In this document: piece after piece, positions 1-10,554 of the stretch
How positions within the stretch are numbered: the stretch's first letter is position 1
Layout of the letters: each line of letters opens with the position of its first letter
Assembly (NCBI GenBank): GCA_965224215.1
Contig: CBDCYS010000039.1
Coordinates: 193,705 to 257,704 of the forward strand
DNA from: Bryobacterales bacterium
GTDB taxonomy: Bacteria; Acidobacteriota; Terriglobia; Bryobacterales; UBA6623
Reading direction: 5' to 3'
DNA: 64,000 bases
Program-made: the position numbers and the translations under genes
The notes under the pieces: generated by a model
What the model was told of the DNA's origin: nothing
Seen by the model: only the letters and a program-made list of their open reading frames with translations
Database searches by the model: none

Positions 1-787
1 TGCTTTTGCACATCTGGACGAAGGAGTCGTCCACCGCCTCGCGATCGCGTACGGTGTGCAGGAAGTCGGTCACGCCGAGGGCCGCAAGCTGGTGAACGTC
101 TTCCTCATCAGAGATGTGGGCAACTGAGGGAATGTCGTGCTTGGCGGCTTCCTGAACGACTGCCGTTTGTATTTCCGCGCTGATCTTGGGAACGGTCTGA
201 TTGATCGACTCGACCCACATCTTGACGAAGTCCACTCTTTGGGCCGCTAGCTCGCGAACCATCTTGCGCGCTTCGTCTTCGGTCGCGGGGCGGTTGACGA
301 TCAGATCTACCGGGTGCCCCTGGGGATGGGTGAATCCCAGGCCCGCCGTATACAAGCGCGGAGCGGGGATTTTGCCCGCGCGGCCGTCCGCGAAGACGGC
401 CAGGGTTTCGAGCGGATCGGCGCCGATGCTGCGAGCGGTTGTCACGCCGAAGTAGAGCTGCGTTCGGAGCGCCCGCTCGACTTCCGCGCGGCCGCCAAAG
501 TAGTGGCAATGCAGATCGATCAATCCCGGGATGATGACCTTTCCCGTACCGTCGATGATCTCTCCGCCTTTGGGGACAGGGGTGTGCGAGCGGGGTCCGG
601 CTGCTTGGACGCGGGTCCCTCGAATGACGACGACCGAGTCGTCGATGGGTGGACCACCGGAACCGTCGATCAGCTTGGCTCCGAGGATGGTGATGGGCGG
701 CGGCGGGTCGTCGGTCGGCAGGGAGTCGCCGCCGCACATGATTAGAAACAGGGCAGAAAGAGCTATCAGCGGGGTAGTGACTCTCAT
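1..787 (-). CDS. amidohydrolase-family protein, N-terminal ~262 codons (partial, continues past window start)
   Basis: Not in the ORF track because it runs off the window edge. Minus-strand translation from ATG at 787 gives MRVTTPLIALSALFLIMCGGDS...GKVIIPGLIDLHCHYFGG...VDFVKMWVES. It has a signal-like N-terminus and the HxH metal motif of the amidohydrolase superfamily, and stays open to position 1. Confidence 0.75.
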   Translation of the reverse strand, partial: MRVTTPLIALSALFLIMCGGDSLPTDDPPPPITILGAKLIDGSGGPPIDDSVVVIRGTRVQAAGPRSHTPVPKGGEIIDGTGKVIIPGLIDLHCHYFGGRAEVERALRTQLYFGVTTARSIGADPLETLAVFADGRAGKIPAPRLYTAGLGFTHPQGHPVDLIVNRPATEDEARKMVRELAAQRVDFVKMWVESINQTVPKISAEIQTAVVQEAAKHDIPSVAHISDEEDVHQLAALGVTDFLHTVRDREAVDDSFVQMCKS

Positions 788-989
788 TGCGTCGAATCGT
801 AGCAAACTGTGAGCCGGAGCGCACTCTGCACTCCGGGAATAAGAAAGAGACCCCCAGGCGGAAGCCTGGGGTCTCCAGTCCGCGCAAACGTGTCTACTCA
901 AACGTGTCCGCGCCGAACCCGCCGTGTCCACTGCGATCGACCGTCACGACCGCCGTGCCTGCGTTCTTCTGAACGCCTGAGACCGGACG

Positions 990-3596
990 CTACTTTACCT
1001 TGCCTGCGCCAATCAGGCCTGCGCTGACCTTGCCTGCGCTAACCAGGTTGGCAAAGATGCGGTAGGCGCCGGGCACTCCGGCGGGCAGTTGGCGGAACCA
1101 GGAGTAGCCCGTGAAGATGTAGACGCCCTTACCGTGGTGGGCATAGAGCATGCCTCCCAACCTGGCCGGCTCGCCCGGGTCGTTGCTTTGAAGGACGGGC
1201 TCATATCGCTCATCCCACTCGCTCATGAAGTAGAGTCCGCGCTCCTGCACCCAGCCCTGGAAATCTTGTTCGGTGATACGATTGGGCGCATGCAGCAGCG
1301 GATGATCCGGCGACGGGAAAGTAACCGGCGCTTCCTCAACGCTGACCCTCTCGCGCGAAAGCGTTACGGGATAGGGCCCCAGCACGGCTTGCGTCGTCGA
1401 GCGGTAGGAAAGGGTGTTGTACTGGACGACCAGTGTGCCGCCTTCCTCGACGTATTCGAGCAGCCGCTCGCGGGCAGCGTCCAGGTCCGGCCGTGTGTTG
1501 ACGGCACGTACCCCCGTCACGACCGCATCGAATTGCGACAGGTCCGCCGACAGCAGGTCGCCCTCGGAGAGCAAGCTGACGGTGGCTCCAAGCTGCTCTA
1601 GCGCATCGGGCACCTTGTCGCCCGCTCCCATGACGTAGCCAATCCTCTTGGACAACAGCTTGACGTCTGCACGCTCCACCCGCATCCGTGCCCTTGGGTA
1701 GGACATCTGAATCGGTATGTGCGGATACGAAATCTCTTGCATACCGTGAGAGATGCTCTTGCCGCCGAGATCGACCTTTGCAATGACCTCTCCTCCCGAC
1801 GGGTTCGCGGGGGGCGTCAGTTCGAACCGCAACGTGGTCTGCTGGCCCGAGCGCTCGATAGCAAAAGGAGCCGAGCCCGGACTGACCTTCCAGCCCTCAG
1901 GGACGTCCAATTTTGCTGATCCGCCGGCATCGCTAACATTACTTTGGAGCTGCAAGGATATCTCGCGTGCTGAGCTGTTCGGGAAGATCATATTGGCCTG
2001 CGCGAAGCTGACGGCGACGCCTGGCACGATCTGCAAATCACGAGACCGCTCACCACTCGCTCTGTCAACCCAGCGATGGACGACTGGACGCCGAAAAGGC
2101 AGCTCGACGCCTTTGCTTGTTTTGAGATAAAACGTCGCTTCGAGAACCGGCGGAGCTTCCGGCATCCCAATCACGCGCGGGTCATGAACGTTATAGAGCG
2201 TGCCATTGGAAGGTCGCTGCAACCACTCCGGCTGTGAATAGAGAGCGAAGTCCGGTATGCGGAGGCTCAGCTTCTTGGTGGCGGTTTCGTTGAATGCCAA
2301 CTCAACCGGTTCCGCATCGCCTGCTTTCGCGACGCCGGCGACTTCGGTGCGCGTCCAGGTGAAAGTATGTGGCGAGCGATTCAAGGCGGACAAAGAGAGA
2401 TTGACTTCGCCACCGGGAGTGACATCCCAGCGCTCGGCGCTCGCGTCGATCCACAGCCCCCCCGCCAGCGCGATTGCCTTCAACAACTGTGGGCGTTTCA
2501 CCTGCGGCCAGTAGCCGCTTGAACCTTCGAGCGCTGAATAGGCGTCGATCAAGAGCGGCAGGATCACTTCGGGGTGCTCGGGCCGGTACTCCTCTCTTGC
2601 CTTCATGAGCAGGCGGCTCACGGCGGCGGCTCCAGGCACGCGTCCCCAAGTGGTGTCGATACCCTCGAAAAGATCTTTCTCAGCGGTTTCGCCGGCGATG
2701 TGGGCAAAGAACGCCGGCTGGTTCCCCTTGCGCTGCGATGCGCCCATAGCTTGGCTTTGGTGCAGGCTGCGGCTCTCACCCGCGATCTCAGCGTAGGATT
2801 TGCCGAGCACGGGATCGTAGCGGCCCACGTTCACGCGGAGCCGATCGCCCCTGGCTGATTCGGCTTCCATCATTCGTCGAGTGAACGTGTGCGTGTTCCA
2901 GTAAAGTCGCTTCGCCTTCCAAGGCTTGAGCCCTTGCTGGATTTGCTCGGGGAATTGGGTAGCATCGCTGGCTGCTTCATACGCCACGATTGAAAGCTGG
3001 CCGACGGCAGTATGCTGTCCGTGACCGCCGCTCAGGACCGGTGAGAACTGCGAGATGACGACGTCGGGCTGGAAGCGCCGGATGACGCGGACCATGTCGC
3101 TGAGCACTTGCTCGCGGCCCCATTTCTCGAGTGCTTCCTCGGGACTTTTCGAGAAGCCGAAATCGATTGCCCGCGTGAAGAACTGCTCGCCCCCGTCGAT
3201 ACGGCGGGCAGCCAGCAATTCCTGCGTGCGGATCAAACCCATCTGCTCGGCCTGCTCGGTGCCGATCAGGTTTTGCCCGCCTTCTCCCCTGGTGGCGGAG
3301 AGATAGGCTGTGCGCATGTGCCGGCCGCGCGCAAAGTAGGCGATCACAGCGGTGTTTTCGTCGTCCGGATGGGCGCCGAGCATGAGCACGCTCCCCAGCG
3401 TGTTGAGCTGGTCGAGCGTCTGCGAGAGTTCGGCGGCGCCGGTGAGCGGGGTCGGCCGCGGGGATTGCGCGCCAAGGGGGAGGCTAAGCAGGGCGCAGAG
3501 CAGCAGACAAGCCACCCCCGAGAACGACCGGGATTTCGGGCCGGAAAATGGAAAGTGGAAGATCGCCGATCGAAGAGGCATGGGTGTCGGATTCAA
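990..3596 (-). CDS. PIG-L/LmbE-family deacetylase fused to a large C-terminal ThuA/GATase1-like domain
   Basis: 868-aa ORF with a signal peptide. LGAHPDDENTAVIAY...SATRGEGGQN matches the LmbE/PIG-L signature. The long C-terminal region ends in a short SAGKV-type repeat. Confidence 0.85.
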   Translation of the reverse strand: MNPTPMPLRSAIFHFPFSGPKSRSFSGVACLLLCALLSLPLGAQSPRPTPLTGAAELSQTLDQLNTLGSVLMLGAHPDDENTAVIAYFARGRHMRTAYLSATRGEGGQNLIGTEQAEQMGLIRTQELLAARRIDGGEQFFTRAIDFGFSKSPEEALEKWGREQVLSDMVRVIRRFQPDVVISQFSPVLSGGHGQHTAVGQLSIVAYEAASDATQFPEQIQQGLKPWKAKRLYWNTHTFTRRMMEAESARGDRLRVNVGRYDPVLGKSYAEIAGESRSLHQSQAMGASQRKGNQPAFFAHIAGETAEKDLFEGIDTTWGRVPGAAAVSRLLMKAREEYRPEHPEVILPLLIDAYSALEGSSGYWPQVKRPQLLKAIALAGGLWIDASAERWDVTPGGEVNLSLSALNRSPHTFTWTRTEVAGVAKAGDAEPVELAFNETATKKLSLRIPDFALYSQPEWLQRPSNGTLYNVHDPRVIGMPEAPPVLEATFYLKTSKGVELPFRRPVVHRWVDRASGERSRDLQIVPGVAVSFAQANMIFPNSSAREISLQLQSNVSDAGGSAKLDVPEGWKVSPGSAPFAIERSGQQTTLRFELTPPANPSGGEVIAKVDLGGKSISHGMQEISYPHIPIQMSYPRARMRVERADVKLLSKRIGYVMGAGDKVPDALEQLGATVSLLSEGDLLSADLSQFDAVVTGVRAVNTRPDLDAARERLLEYVEEGGTLVVQYNTLSYRSTTQAVLGPYPVTLSRERVSVEEAPVTFPSPDHPLLHAPNRITEQDFQGWVQERGLYFMSEWDERYEPVLQSNDPGEPARLGGMLYAHHGKGVYIFTGYSWFRQLPAGVPGAYRIFANLVSAGKVSAGLIGAGKVK

Positions 3597-3614
3597 GGAG
3601 CGGTGCGGTGCACC

Positions 3615-6610
3615 ATGACCATCGTATCGAATGCGACGAGAATCGGGCGGCCGCTGCTACGCTTGTCATGGTCCGGATAAGGCCAACCGCAAGAATGAGT
3701 TGCGATTTGACAGTGAGGCAAGCGCCTTCGCCGAACTGGCCAGCGGCGGGTTCGCGATCGTTCGCGCGGATTCGGCGGCGAGCAAAATGGTGCAAAGGGT
3801 GGCGAGCAATGATGCCGCGCTCCGCATGCCGCCCGAATATCTTGGACACGAAAAGCTAAGTGATCGCGAGATCGGCCTCATCACGCGCTGGGTCGATCAA
3901 GGTGCGAAATGGCAAAAGCACTGGTCGTTTATCACTGCCGAGCGGCCCGCACGTCCTAGCGTCCGCGAGACCGATTGGCCCAAGAGCGAGATGGACTTCT
4001 TCGTCCTTCAGCGGCTCGAGCGTGAAGGAGTGCAGCCGTCGCCGGAAGCCGATCGAACGACCTTGATCCGGCGGGCGACGCTCGACTTGACCGGGCTGCC
4101 GCCGACGCCCGCCGAGGTGAATGCGTTTCTGAGCGACACTTCACCCAACGCCTACGAGCAAGTGGTCGACCGTCTGCTCCAGTCACCGCGTTACGGCGAG
4201 CGCATGGCCTATCGCTGGCTCGATGCGGCCCGTTATGCCGATACGAATGGCTACCAAAATGACCGTCCGCGATACATGTGGCGCTGGCGAGACTGGGTCA
4301 TCGAGGCATTCAATAACAACATGCCGTTCGATCAATTTACCACCGAACAGATCGCCGGGGACCTGCTGCCGAACGCGACCCTCGATCAGAAGATTGCCAC
4401 GGGATTCAACCGCAATCACCGGGGCAACGCCGAGAATGGCACCGATCCCGACGAGTACCAGGTTGAATATGCGGTGGATCGCGTCGACACGACTGCGACG
4501 GTCTGGCTCGGACTAACAATAGGCTGTGCTCGCTGCCACGACCACAAGTACGACCCAATAACGCAAAAGGAGTTCTACCGCTTCTTTGCGTACTTCAATA
4601 ACGTCTCGGACCGGGGCCGCTATTTCAAATACGGAAACACGCCGCCGATCGTGCGCGCGCCGACCCGCGAGCAGCGGGCCGAGCTAGCTGAGCTCGACAA
4701 CAAGATAGCGGTAGCCGCACGGGAACTTGAGCACTGGAAGGGGCGATCGGCGAGGGAATGCGCAGTTGGGCGCGGAAGGCAAAATCGCAGTCACTGGATT
4801 GGTCATTCGACGAACGATTGGCGTCCGTTCGGTCGTTTGATGAAGGAGCTGCTGAGGGCAAGGTTGGGCGGGCGGCTGTCTTTGCCGCCGACCAGGTGAC
4901 GGAGCTAGGAGACCTCGCTGACTACGATTTCTACGACAAGTTCACTCTCGCCGCATGGGTGCGTCCAGCCGGCTCCACGGGCGGGATCATCTCCCGTTAT
5001 CTACCGACCCCCAAGGGTTATGGGTTCTTCCTGATCGATGGAAGTTGCAGTTTCGCATGGACACGTCTAGCATTTCTGACCGCATGCGAGTCGAGACACA
5101 AGCTCCGATTCCGCTGAACGAGTGGACGCATGTCACGGCCACCTACGACGGCTCGCGCGTGGCGGCCGGAATGAAGATTTACGTTAACGGGGAAGAGCAG
5201 GCGCTGACGGTACTGATCGACGAGTCACTCAACTCGACGAACGCGAAAGCTCCCTTGCGCGTCGATTTCGGACCGGACGGAGATAGTGGATTCCATGGGC
5301 TGATTGACGACGCACGAGTCTACGACCGTGCCCTGAACGACGACGAAGTGTCGGTCGTCGCAACCGCGGAGTCCTTGAGCGAGATCGCCGGTTTGCGCGC
5401 CGCGTCGAGATCGCCTGGCCAAAGTTTGAAACTTCGCTGGGCCTATCTTTCCCGTTTCGCTCCAAAAAAACTCGCTCGCTTCTGGAGCGAGACGCGCAGG
5501 CTCTACCTCGAGCGCGAGAAGCTGTTCGACTCGCTGCCCACTGTCATGGTGATGGATGAGCGAAGCGACGTTCGGCCGACTCACGTTCTCGAGCGAGGAG
5601 CCTTTGATGCTCCACGGGAGCGCGTCGAATCGGGTCTGCCGGCCGTGCTGCCCCCGTTACCGGAAGGCCAGGCGAACAATCGTCTAGGACTGGCGCGATG
5701 GATGGTCGACCGCTCCAATCCTCTCACGGCTCGCGTGACCGTCAACCGCTTTTGGCAGATGCTCTTTGGTGCGGGTCTGGTGAAGAGCGTCGAAAACTTC
5801 GGCTCCCAAGGTGATTGGCCGACCCATCTGGAATTGCTCGATTGGCTGGCCGTTGAGTTCATGGAAAACGGCTGGGACATCAAGGGAATTTTGAAAAAGA
5901 TTCTCATGAGTGCAACCTACCGGCAGTCGTCGAAAGTGACGCCGGAATTGCTCGAAAAGGACGCGGAGAATCAGCTCTTGGCGCGCGGCCCCAGGATGCG
6001 GCTCGCGGCCGAAAGCGTCCGTGACCAGGCGTTGGCGATTTCAGGATTGCTGGTCGATCAACGGGGAGGTCCCTCGGTCCTGCCCTATCAGCCCGCCGGA
6101 TTGTGGAAAGAGCTTTCCAATTGGGACGAGTACGACGACGGTGAGGGTCTCTACCGCCGCAGTCTATATACCTTTTGGAAGCGAACGATTGCACCGCCTG
6201 CCATGATGACGTTTGACTCCTCCGACCGCGAGACTTGCGTGGTGCGGGAAACGCGCACGAATACTCCGCTGCAGGCGCTCAACTTGATGAACGACGTGAC
6301 TTACACGGAGGCCTCCCGGCTGTTCGCTGAGCGGATGATGAAAGAAGGCGGATCAACCGCAGGCGACCGATTGTCTTACGGGTTTCAGTTGGCGACGGCG
6401 CGTGAGCCGAGGGACGAAGAGCGCGAAATCCTGCTGCGAAGTTTTCGTCGCTACTCAGACCGATACCGGACGAATCCTGACGACGCGGCTGAGTTTTTGA
6501 GCACGGGCGAACACCCGCGCGATGAGACTCTTGAACCGGTTGATGTGGCGGCCTATGCGGCGCTGGCTAGCCTTATTCTGAATCTGGATGAGACGATTAC
6601 GAAGGAGTGA
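3615..6610 (+). pseudogene. PSCyt1-DUF1549(PSCyt2)-LamG-DUF1553(PSD) protein, decayed copy (module 1)
   Basis: ORF-track pieces 3631-4899, 4758-5117 and 4955-6610 lie in three frames but are colinear with the paralog at 15019-18248. Shared motifs: CYACHGPD haem motif, RYGERMAYRWLDAARYADTNGYQ, CARCHDHKYDP, LamG-like FTLAAWVRP...IYVNGEE, NPLTARVTVNRFWQ, and the C-terminal LNLDETITKE. There is no signal peptide, and the ORF begins only 18 bp from the divergent LmbE start. Confidence 0.8.
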
Positions 6611-6686
6611 GGGACGAACGCGGTTGGCAGGCGGGTGAGGACACGGGTTAGAACACGGGCTGAAAAATGTCTCGATCCCTGGCTGA

Positions 6687-6706
6687 GCGTGGACTTCCGT
6701 CCACGC
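6687..6706. repeat. REP-type hairpin GCGTGGAC-TTCC-GTCCACGC (family also at 49474 and 54233)
   Basis: Perfect 8-bp stem with a TTCC loop, 77 bp after the stop at 6610. The GAG...CCTCTGT flanks are shared with the other two copies. Confidence 0.7.
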
Positions 6707-6798
6707 CTCTGTTGCTTCATTTGTAATTTTTCTAAGCGCTCTTGAGAATTTGCAGCACATAAAGGACTGCAGCACATAGAGGATTAAGGATAGCTCCC

Positions 6799-8262
6799 AT
6801 GGATCCCCGGCTCGAGCATCAGCTTCAACTCACGCGGCGCTATTTCTTCGGCTTGACGAGCACCGGAATCGGAACGGCTGCTCTGGCGAGCTTGCTCGGG
6901 GCGAACGCGCAAGCAGCCGCAGCGACCGCCGGCAAGTCCGCGAACCCGGGATTGCCTGGATTGCCTCATTTTGCTCCCAAGGCCAAGCGCGTCATCTATC
7001 TGGTTCAGTCGGGCGGGCCGGCGCAACTGGATCTCTTCGACCATAAACCCGATCTGCGTGGCCACCAGGGAAGCGAGCTGCCGCAGTCGATCCGGAAGGG
7101 CCAGCGCCTTACCGGGATGACAGCCGCGCAGGCCAGTTTTCCGGTTGCTTCATCCAAGTTCGGTTTCAAAAGGCATGGTGAGTCAGGCAATGAGCTGAGC
7201 GAGCTGCTGCCTTACACCGCGAAAATCGCGGACGAGATCTGTATCATTCGCTCGATGCACACCGAAGCCATCAACCATGATCCGGCCATAACGTTCTTGC
7301 AAACAGGACACCAGCTCGCCGGCCGGCCCAGCATCGGCTCCTGGCTTTCCTATGGACTGGGAAGCGAGAATCAGGATCTGCCCGGTTTCGTGGCCATGGT
7401 CTCGCAAGGTTCGGGCCGCGCCGGACAACCTCTTTACAGCTGTCTTTGGGGCAGCGGGTTCCTGCCCTCCCGCTACCAGGGAGTGAAATTCCGCTCGGGC
7501 ACGGATCCGGTGCTGTTTCTGTCGAACCCGCCGGGCTTCAACCAGACCGACCGCAGACATTATCTGGACGATTTGGCTGAACTCAACCGCATCAAGCTGA
7601 ACGATTTCGGCGATCCCGAGATCGAGACGCGGATTTCGCAATATGAGATGGCCTATCGTATGCAAACCTCGGTTCCGAAGTTGACGGATTTATCAAGCGA
7701 GCCGGAGCACATTTTTGAAGCCTATGGCCCGGACGCGCGAAAACCTGGAACCTATGCGGCCAATTGCCTGCTGGCGCGAAGGCTGTTGGAGCGGGGGGTT
7801 CGTTTTGTTCAACTGTTCCATCGCGGCTGGGACCAGCATGCCAAGCTGCCTGAACAACTCGCGGAACAGTGCCGCGACACAGACCAGCCGTCCGCCGCGC
7901 TGGTTTCGGACCTCAAGCAGCGAGGCTTGCTCGATGACACGCTGGTCATCAGGGGCGGGGAGTTCGGACGCACTGTGTATTGCCAGGGCAAACTGAGCGA
8001 CGACGACTACGGGCGGGACCATCACCCGCGCTGCTTCAGCATTTGGCTTGCCGGAGGCGGCATCAAGGGCGGCGTTACCTATGGCGAAACAGATGCCTAC
8101 TCCTACAACATCGCCAAAGATGCGGTGAGCGTCCACGACCTGCACGCCACGCTGCTGCATCAGTTGGGGATCGACCACACGAAACTCACCTTCCAGTATC
8201 AGGGGCGGCATTTCCGGCTGACCGATGTTCAGGGGAACGTGGTGAAGCCGCTGCTTGGCTAG
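6799..8262 (+). CDS. DUF1501 (sulfatase-like) protein with twin-arginine signal (module 1, intact)
   Basis: 487-aa ORF. TRRYFFGLTSTGIGTAALASLL is a Tat-type signal. [29 protein letters not shown] and [10 protein letters not shown] blocks are shared with the two paralogs in this window. Confidence 0.9.
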   Translation: MDPRLEHQLQLTRRYFFGLTSTGIGTAALASLLGANAQAAAATAGKSANPGLPGLPHFAPKAKRVIYLVQSGGPAQLDLFDHKPDLRGHQGSELPQSIRKGQRLTGMTAAQASFPVASSKFGFKRHGESGNELSELLPYTAKIADEICIIRSMHTEAINHDPAITFLQTGHQLAGRPSIGSWLSYGLGSENQDLPGFVAMVSQGSGRAGQPLYSCLWGSGFLPSRYQGVKFRSGTDPVLFLSNPPGFNQTDRRHYLDDLAELNRIKLNDFGDPEIETRISQYEMAYRMQTSVPKLTDLSSEPEHIFEAYGPDARKPGTYAANCLLARRLLERGVRFVQLFHRGWDQHAKLPEQLAEQCRDTDQPSAALVSDLKQRGLLDDTLVIRGGEFGRTVYCQGKLSDDDYGRDHHPRCFSIWLAGGGIKGGVTYGETDAYSYNIAKDAVSVHDLHATLLHQLGIDHTKLTFQYQGRHFRLTDVQGNVVKPLLG

Positions 8263-8390
8263 GACAGATCCCGCGATTCAAGTGGCGGGTTGAAGTTCCA
8301 GCGAGGTGTTAGCTCAGGCTGAGAGCTTGCGCAACGGGGCTCGGCGGGTCGCGTTGCCCTACAGAGCTCCGAGCGGTAAAAGGCACAAGG

Positions 8391-8852
8391 TCAAGCCATG
8401 CGTTCGCAGATTCTGATGTAGCTAGCCTCGTCGATCACATGGCCTTCGAGGGCGGCGTCCAGAACGCTGCGCCTGGCGCCCTGCGGTAGACCGAGCGATG
8501 CAAGGTTCAAGGCGAATAGCCTGAAGAAATAGCGATGCGGTCCGTCGCCGGGTGGGGGGCAGGGGCCTCCGTAACCGGGCTGCCCGAAGTCGTTCGTGCC
8601 GCTTAGCCCGACTTGGTAAGGGTCAAACGCTTCGTCCAACTCCCGAGCAGATGCCGGGATGTCGTAAAGCAGCCAGTGATTCCAATGCCCGAACGGTGCG
8701 TCGGGATCGTCCAGGATGAGCGCGAAACTCTCGGTGCCCTCCGGCGCGCCGCTCCACGAGATAGCGGGAGAACGGTTCGTCCCGTCGCATGTGTAGCGAG
8801 GCGGGATGGTGTGTCCGTTTTCGAAGGCTTCGATTTGGAGTTGGAAGGCTAT
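8391..8852 (-). CDS. YbhB/YbcL-type PEBP (Raf-kinase-inhibitor-like) protein
   Basis: The track shows only the last 82 aa, from a TTG. The same frame is open upstream and reads IIAFQLQIEAFENGHTIPPRYTCDGTNRSPAISWSGAPEGTESFALILDDPDAPFGHWNHWLLYDIP, the full PEBP fold. No ATG/GTG/TTG is available. GGAGG at 8862-8858 lies 5 nt before ATA at 8852-8850. Confidence 0.7.
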   Translation of the reverse strand: MAFQLQIEAFENGHTIPPRYTCDGTNRSPAISWSGAPEGTESFALILDDPDAPFGHWNHWLLYDIPASARELDEAFDPYQVGLSGTNDFGQPGYGGPCPPPGDGPHRYFFRLFALNLASLGLPQGARRSVLDAALEGHVIDEASYIRICERMA

Positions 8853-8909
8853 GATTTCCTCCGTGCACGGGGACTGGTGCGGGCGTTTATTCTGGCGCGA
8901 TTGTGTCGT

Positions 8910-9362
8910 TTATTTCGTATCGTGCTCGAGTGCTCTCTCCAGCAGGTCGAACATCTTGCTCCAGCCGTTTACGGTCGAAGTTTCATAGCCTGGCCGCATG
9001 CCGCTTTGCGTCAGCTTCAAGATGCAACCATCCCCATCTTTTTTAACTTCGACGGTAACGGTATCGAAATCGGCGGCGAACTGAGGCATCCCGAATGTGA
9101 AGACCAGACGTTTGGGGCGACGGATTTCGAGATACTCGCCGATGGCAACGTACTTCTTGTTTCCCCTGGTTCTCGTGATTTTGTAGGAGCCGCCGACCTG
9201 GGCATCGAGTTCGCACACCGTCTTGCTGGTCTTGGTGTTGAATAGCCACTTGCGTGCTGTCTCGGGCTCGATCCAGGCATCGAAAAGCTGCGCCAGCGGC
9301 GCTTTGAAGTGCCTGGAGAGGCTGACCGACTCACGTGGTCCTTCGTAGTTGTACTGCGTCAT
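8910..9362 (-). CDS. SRPBCC / AHSA1 (activator of Hsp90 ATPase homolog-like) domain protein
   Basis: 150-aa ORF. ETARKWLFNTK...GGSYKITRTRGNKKYVAIGEYLEIRRPKRLVFTFGMP is typical of SRPBCC/AHSA1-family proteins. Confidence 0.8.
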   Translation of the reverse strand: MTQYNYEGPRESVSLSRHFKAPLAQLFDAWIEPETARKWLFNTKTSKTVCELDAQVGGSYKITRTRGNKKYVAIGEYLEIRRPKRLVFTFGMPQFAADFDTVTVEVKKDGDGCILKLTQSGMRPGYETSTVNGWSKMFDLLERALEHDTK

Positions 9363-9456
9363 GGGTGCTTGCTTGGGGCGTTACCGGTCGTGGTTCCCTC
9401 GGTCCCTCCGATCGATAGAGGATATCAAGTTGCGGGTGGTCGGAAAGAAGTCCGGT

Positions 9457-10554
9457 CTACCTGCGTTTCGGCTCTTGATCTTCTTCGGGTTCTTCGGGCA
9501 ATTGTAAATGCTCATCGAGCAGGGCGAAGATCTGGCCCCACGCGGCGTCGCGCACTTCGTGCCAGCTTTGGGGACGGGTGCCGTCGTCGATTGCCGTGAG
9601 AAAGTCCGGGGACATGGTTGGGTACTCCAGCAGCCGGTGGTCGACGGCGTAGTTCTGAAGATTCGTAACGAAGTAGAGCTGGTCCTTGTGGCTCGGGTCG
9701 TCTCCGGTGATGATCATCAGCAGCGGGGTTGTGATGCGATCCACGTTGCGGAAGGCGTCCCGTGCATAGAGTTCGCGCAGTAGTTCGTTGCGCGAAAGTT
9801 CTCGCCCGAATAGCTCTTGGGAGCGGCGCTGGAGAACCCCGTAACCGGCGTAGCCAAATTCCGCCAAGCCTCCAAACGGAGTCGGCGAGACCGCGATGGC
9901 CACCTGGAAGACGTTCGATCGTTCGATAGTTGGCAGAACGGTCGTTGCGCCGTCGCCGAAACCCACAAGGCCCATGCGAAGCGAGTCGACGTATTCAATC
10001 TGGCGGGCAATCTGGGTCAATTGCAGCAGGTCGATCACCTCGCCTTTCGCGAGTTCGACCAGTCCTTGGGATTTGCCTTCCAATCCCGCCCGTCCGCGAA
10101 ATGTCGGGGACACCACGACGTAGCCTTGGTGCGCCAGCTCGATCGCAATTTCCCGATAGGCAGGGCTGACCCCGTAGCGGGATCCGTGGCTGAGGACGAT
10201 GAGAGGGTACTTGATTTCCTCTTCTTCCTCCTTGCCTGTCTTCGGATTGATGCCCATCGTGGGCGGCGCATCAGGGTCGGGAAGTTCGATGTGCGGCTGT
10301 ACGAGAACGCCCGTCATATTGAGGTCACCGCTTTCAAATGCGATGTGGAAGCCTTCGACACCGGTTTCGTCCCGGTAGAACCGCTCCAGGACGCGAAGCT
10401 CGTAGTTGGAGACGCCGAGCCTGTCCCAATCGCGATTGGCGGGAAGGGGGGGCTCCTGCGGACCCAGGGTCAGCAGGCCGGCGGGTGTTTGCGGGACGGC
10501 GGGCTGAGGAAAGACAAACCCGGAGAATAGCGCTAGGATCAAGAACCAAAGCAC
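9457..10554 (-). CDS. secreted alpha/beta-hydrolase (dienelactone hydrolase / S9-like) family protein
   Basis: 365-aa ORF with a signal peptide. It has the LIVLSHGS oxyanion region, the nucleophile-elbow position LVGFGDGA, and ITGDDPS and DHRLLEYP acid/His regions. Confidence 0.7.
   Translation of the reverse strand: MLWFLILALFSGFVFPQPAVPQTPAGLLTLGPQEPPLPANRDWDRLGVSNYELRVLERFYRDETGVEGFHIAFESGDLNMTGVLVQPHIELPDPDAPPTMGINPKTGKEEEEEIKYPLIVLSHGSRYGVSPAYREIAIELAHQGYVVVSPTFRGRAGLEGKSQGLVELAKGEVIDLLQLTQIARQIEYVDSLRMGLVGFGDGATTVLPTIERSNVFQVAIAVSPTPFGGLAEFGYAGYGVLQRRSQELFGRELSRNELLRELYARDAFRNVDRITTPLLMIITGDDPSHKDQLYFVTNLQNYAVDHRLLEYPTMSPDFLTAIDDGTRPQSWHEVRDAAWGQIFALLDEHLQLPEEPEEDQEPKRR

Noticed and set aside
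108-887. 259-aa minus-strand ORF from the track
   Set aside because: Its sequence is Arg/Pro/Ser-rich nonsense. The real gene is the amidohydrolase in another minus-strand frame (1-787), which the track omits because it is truncated by the window edge.
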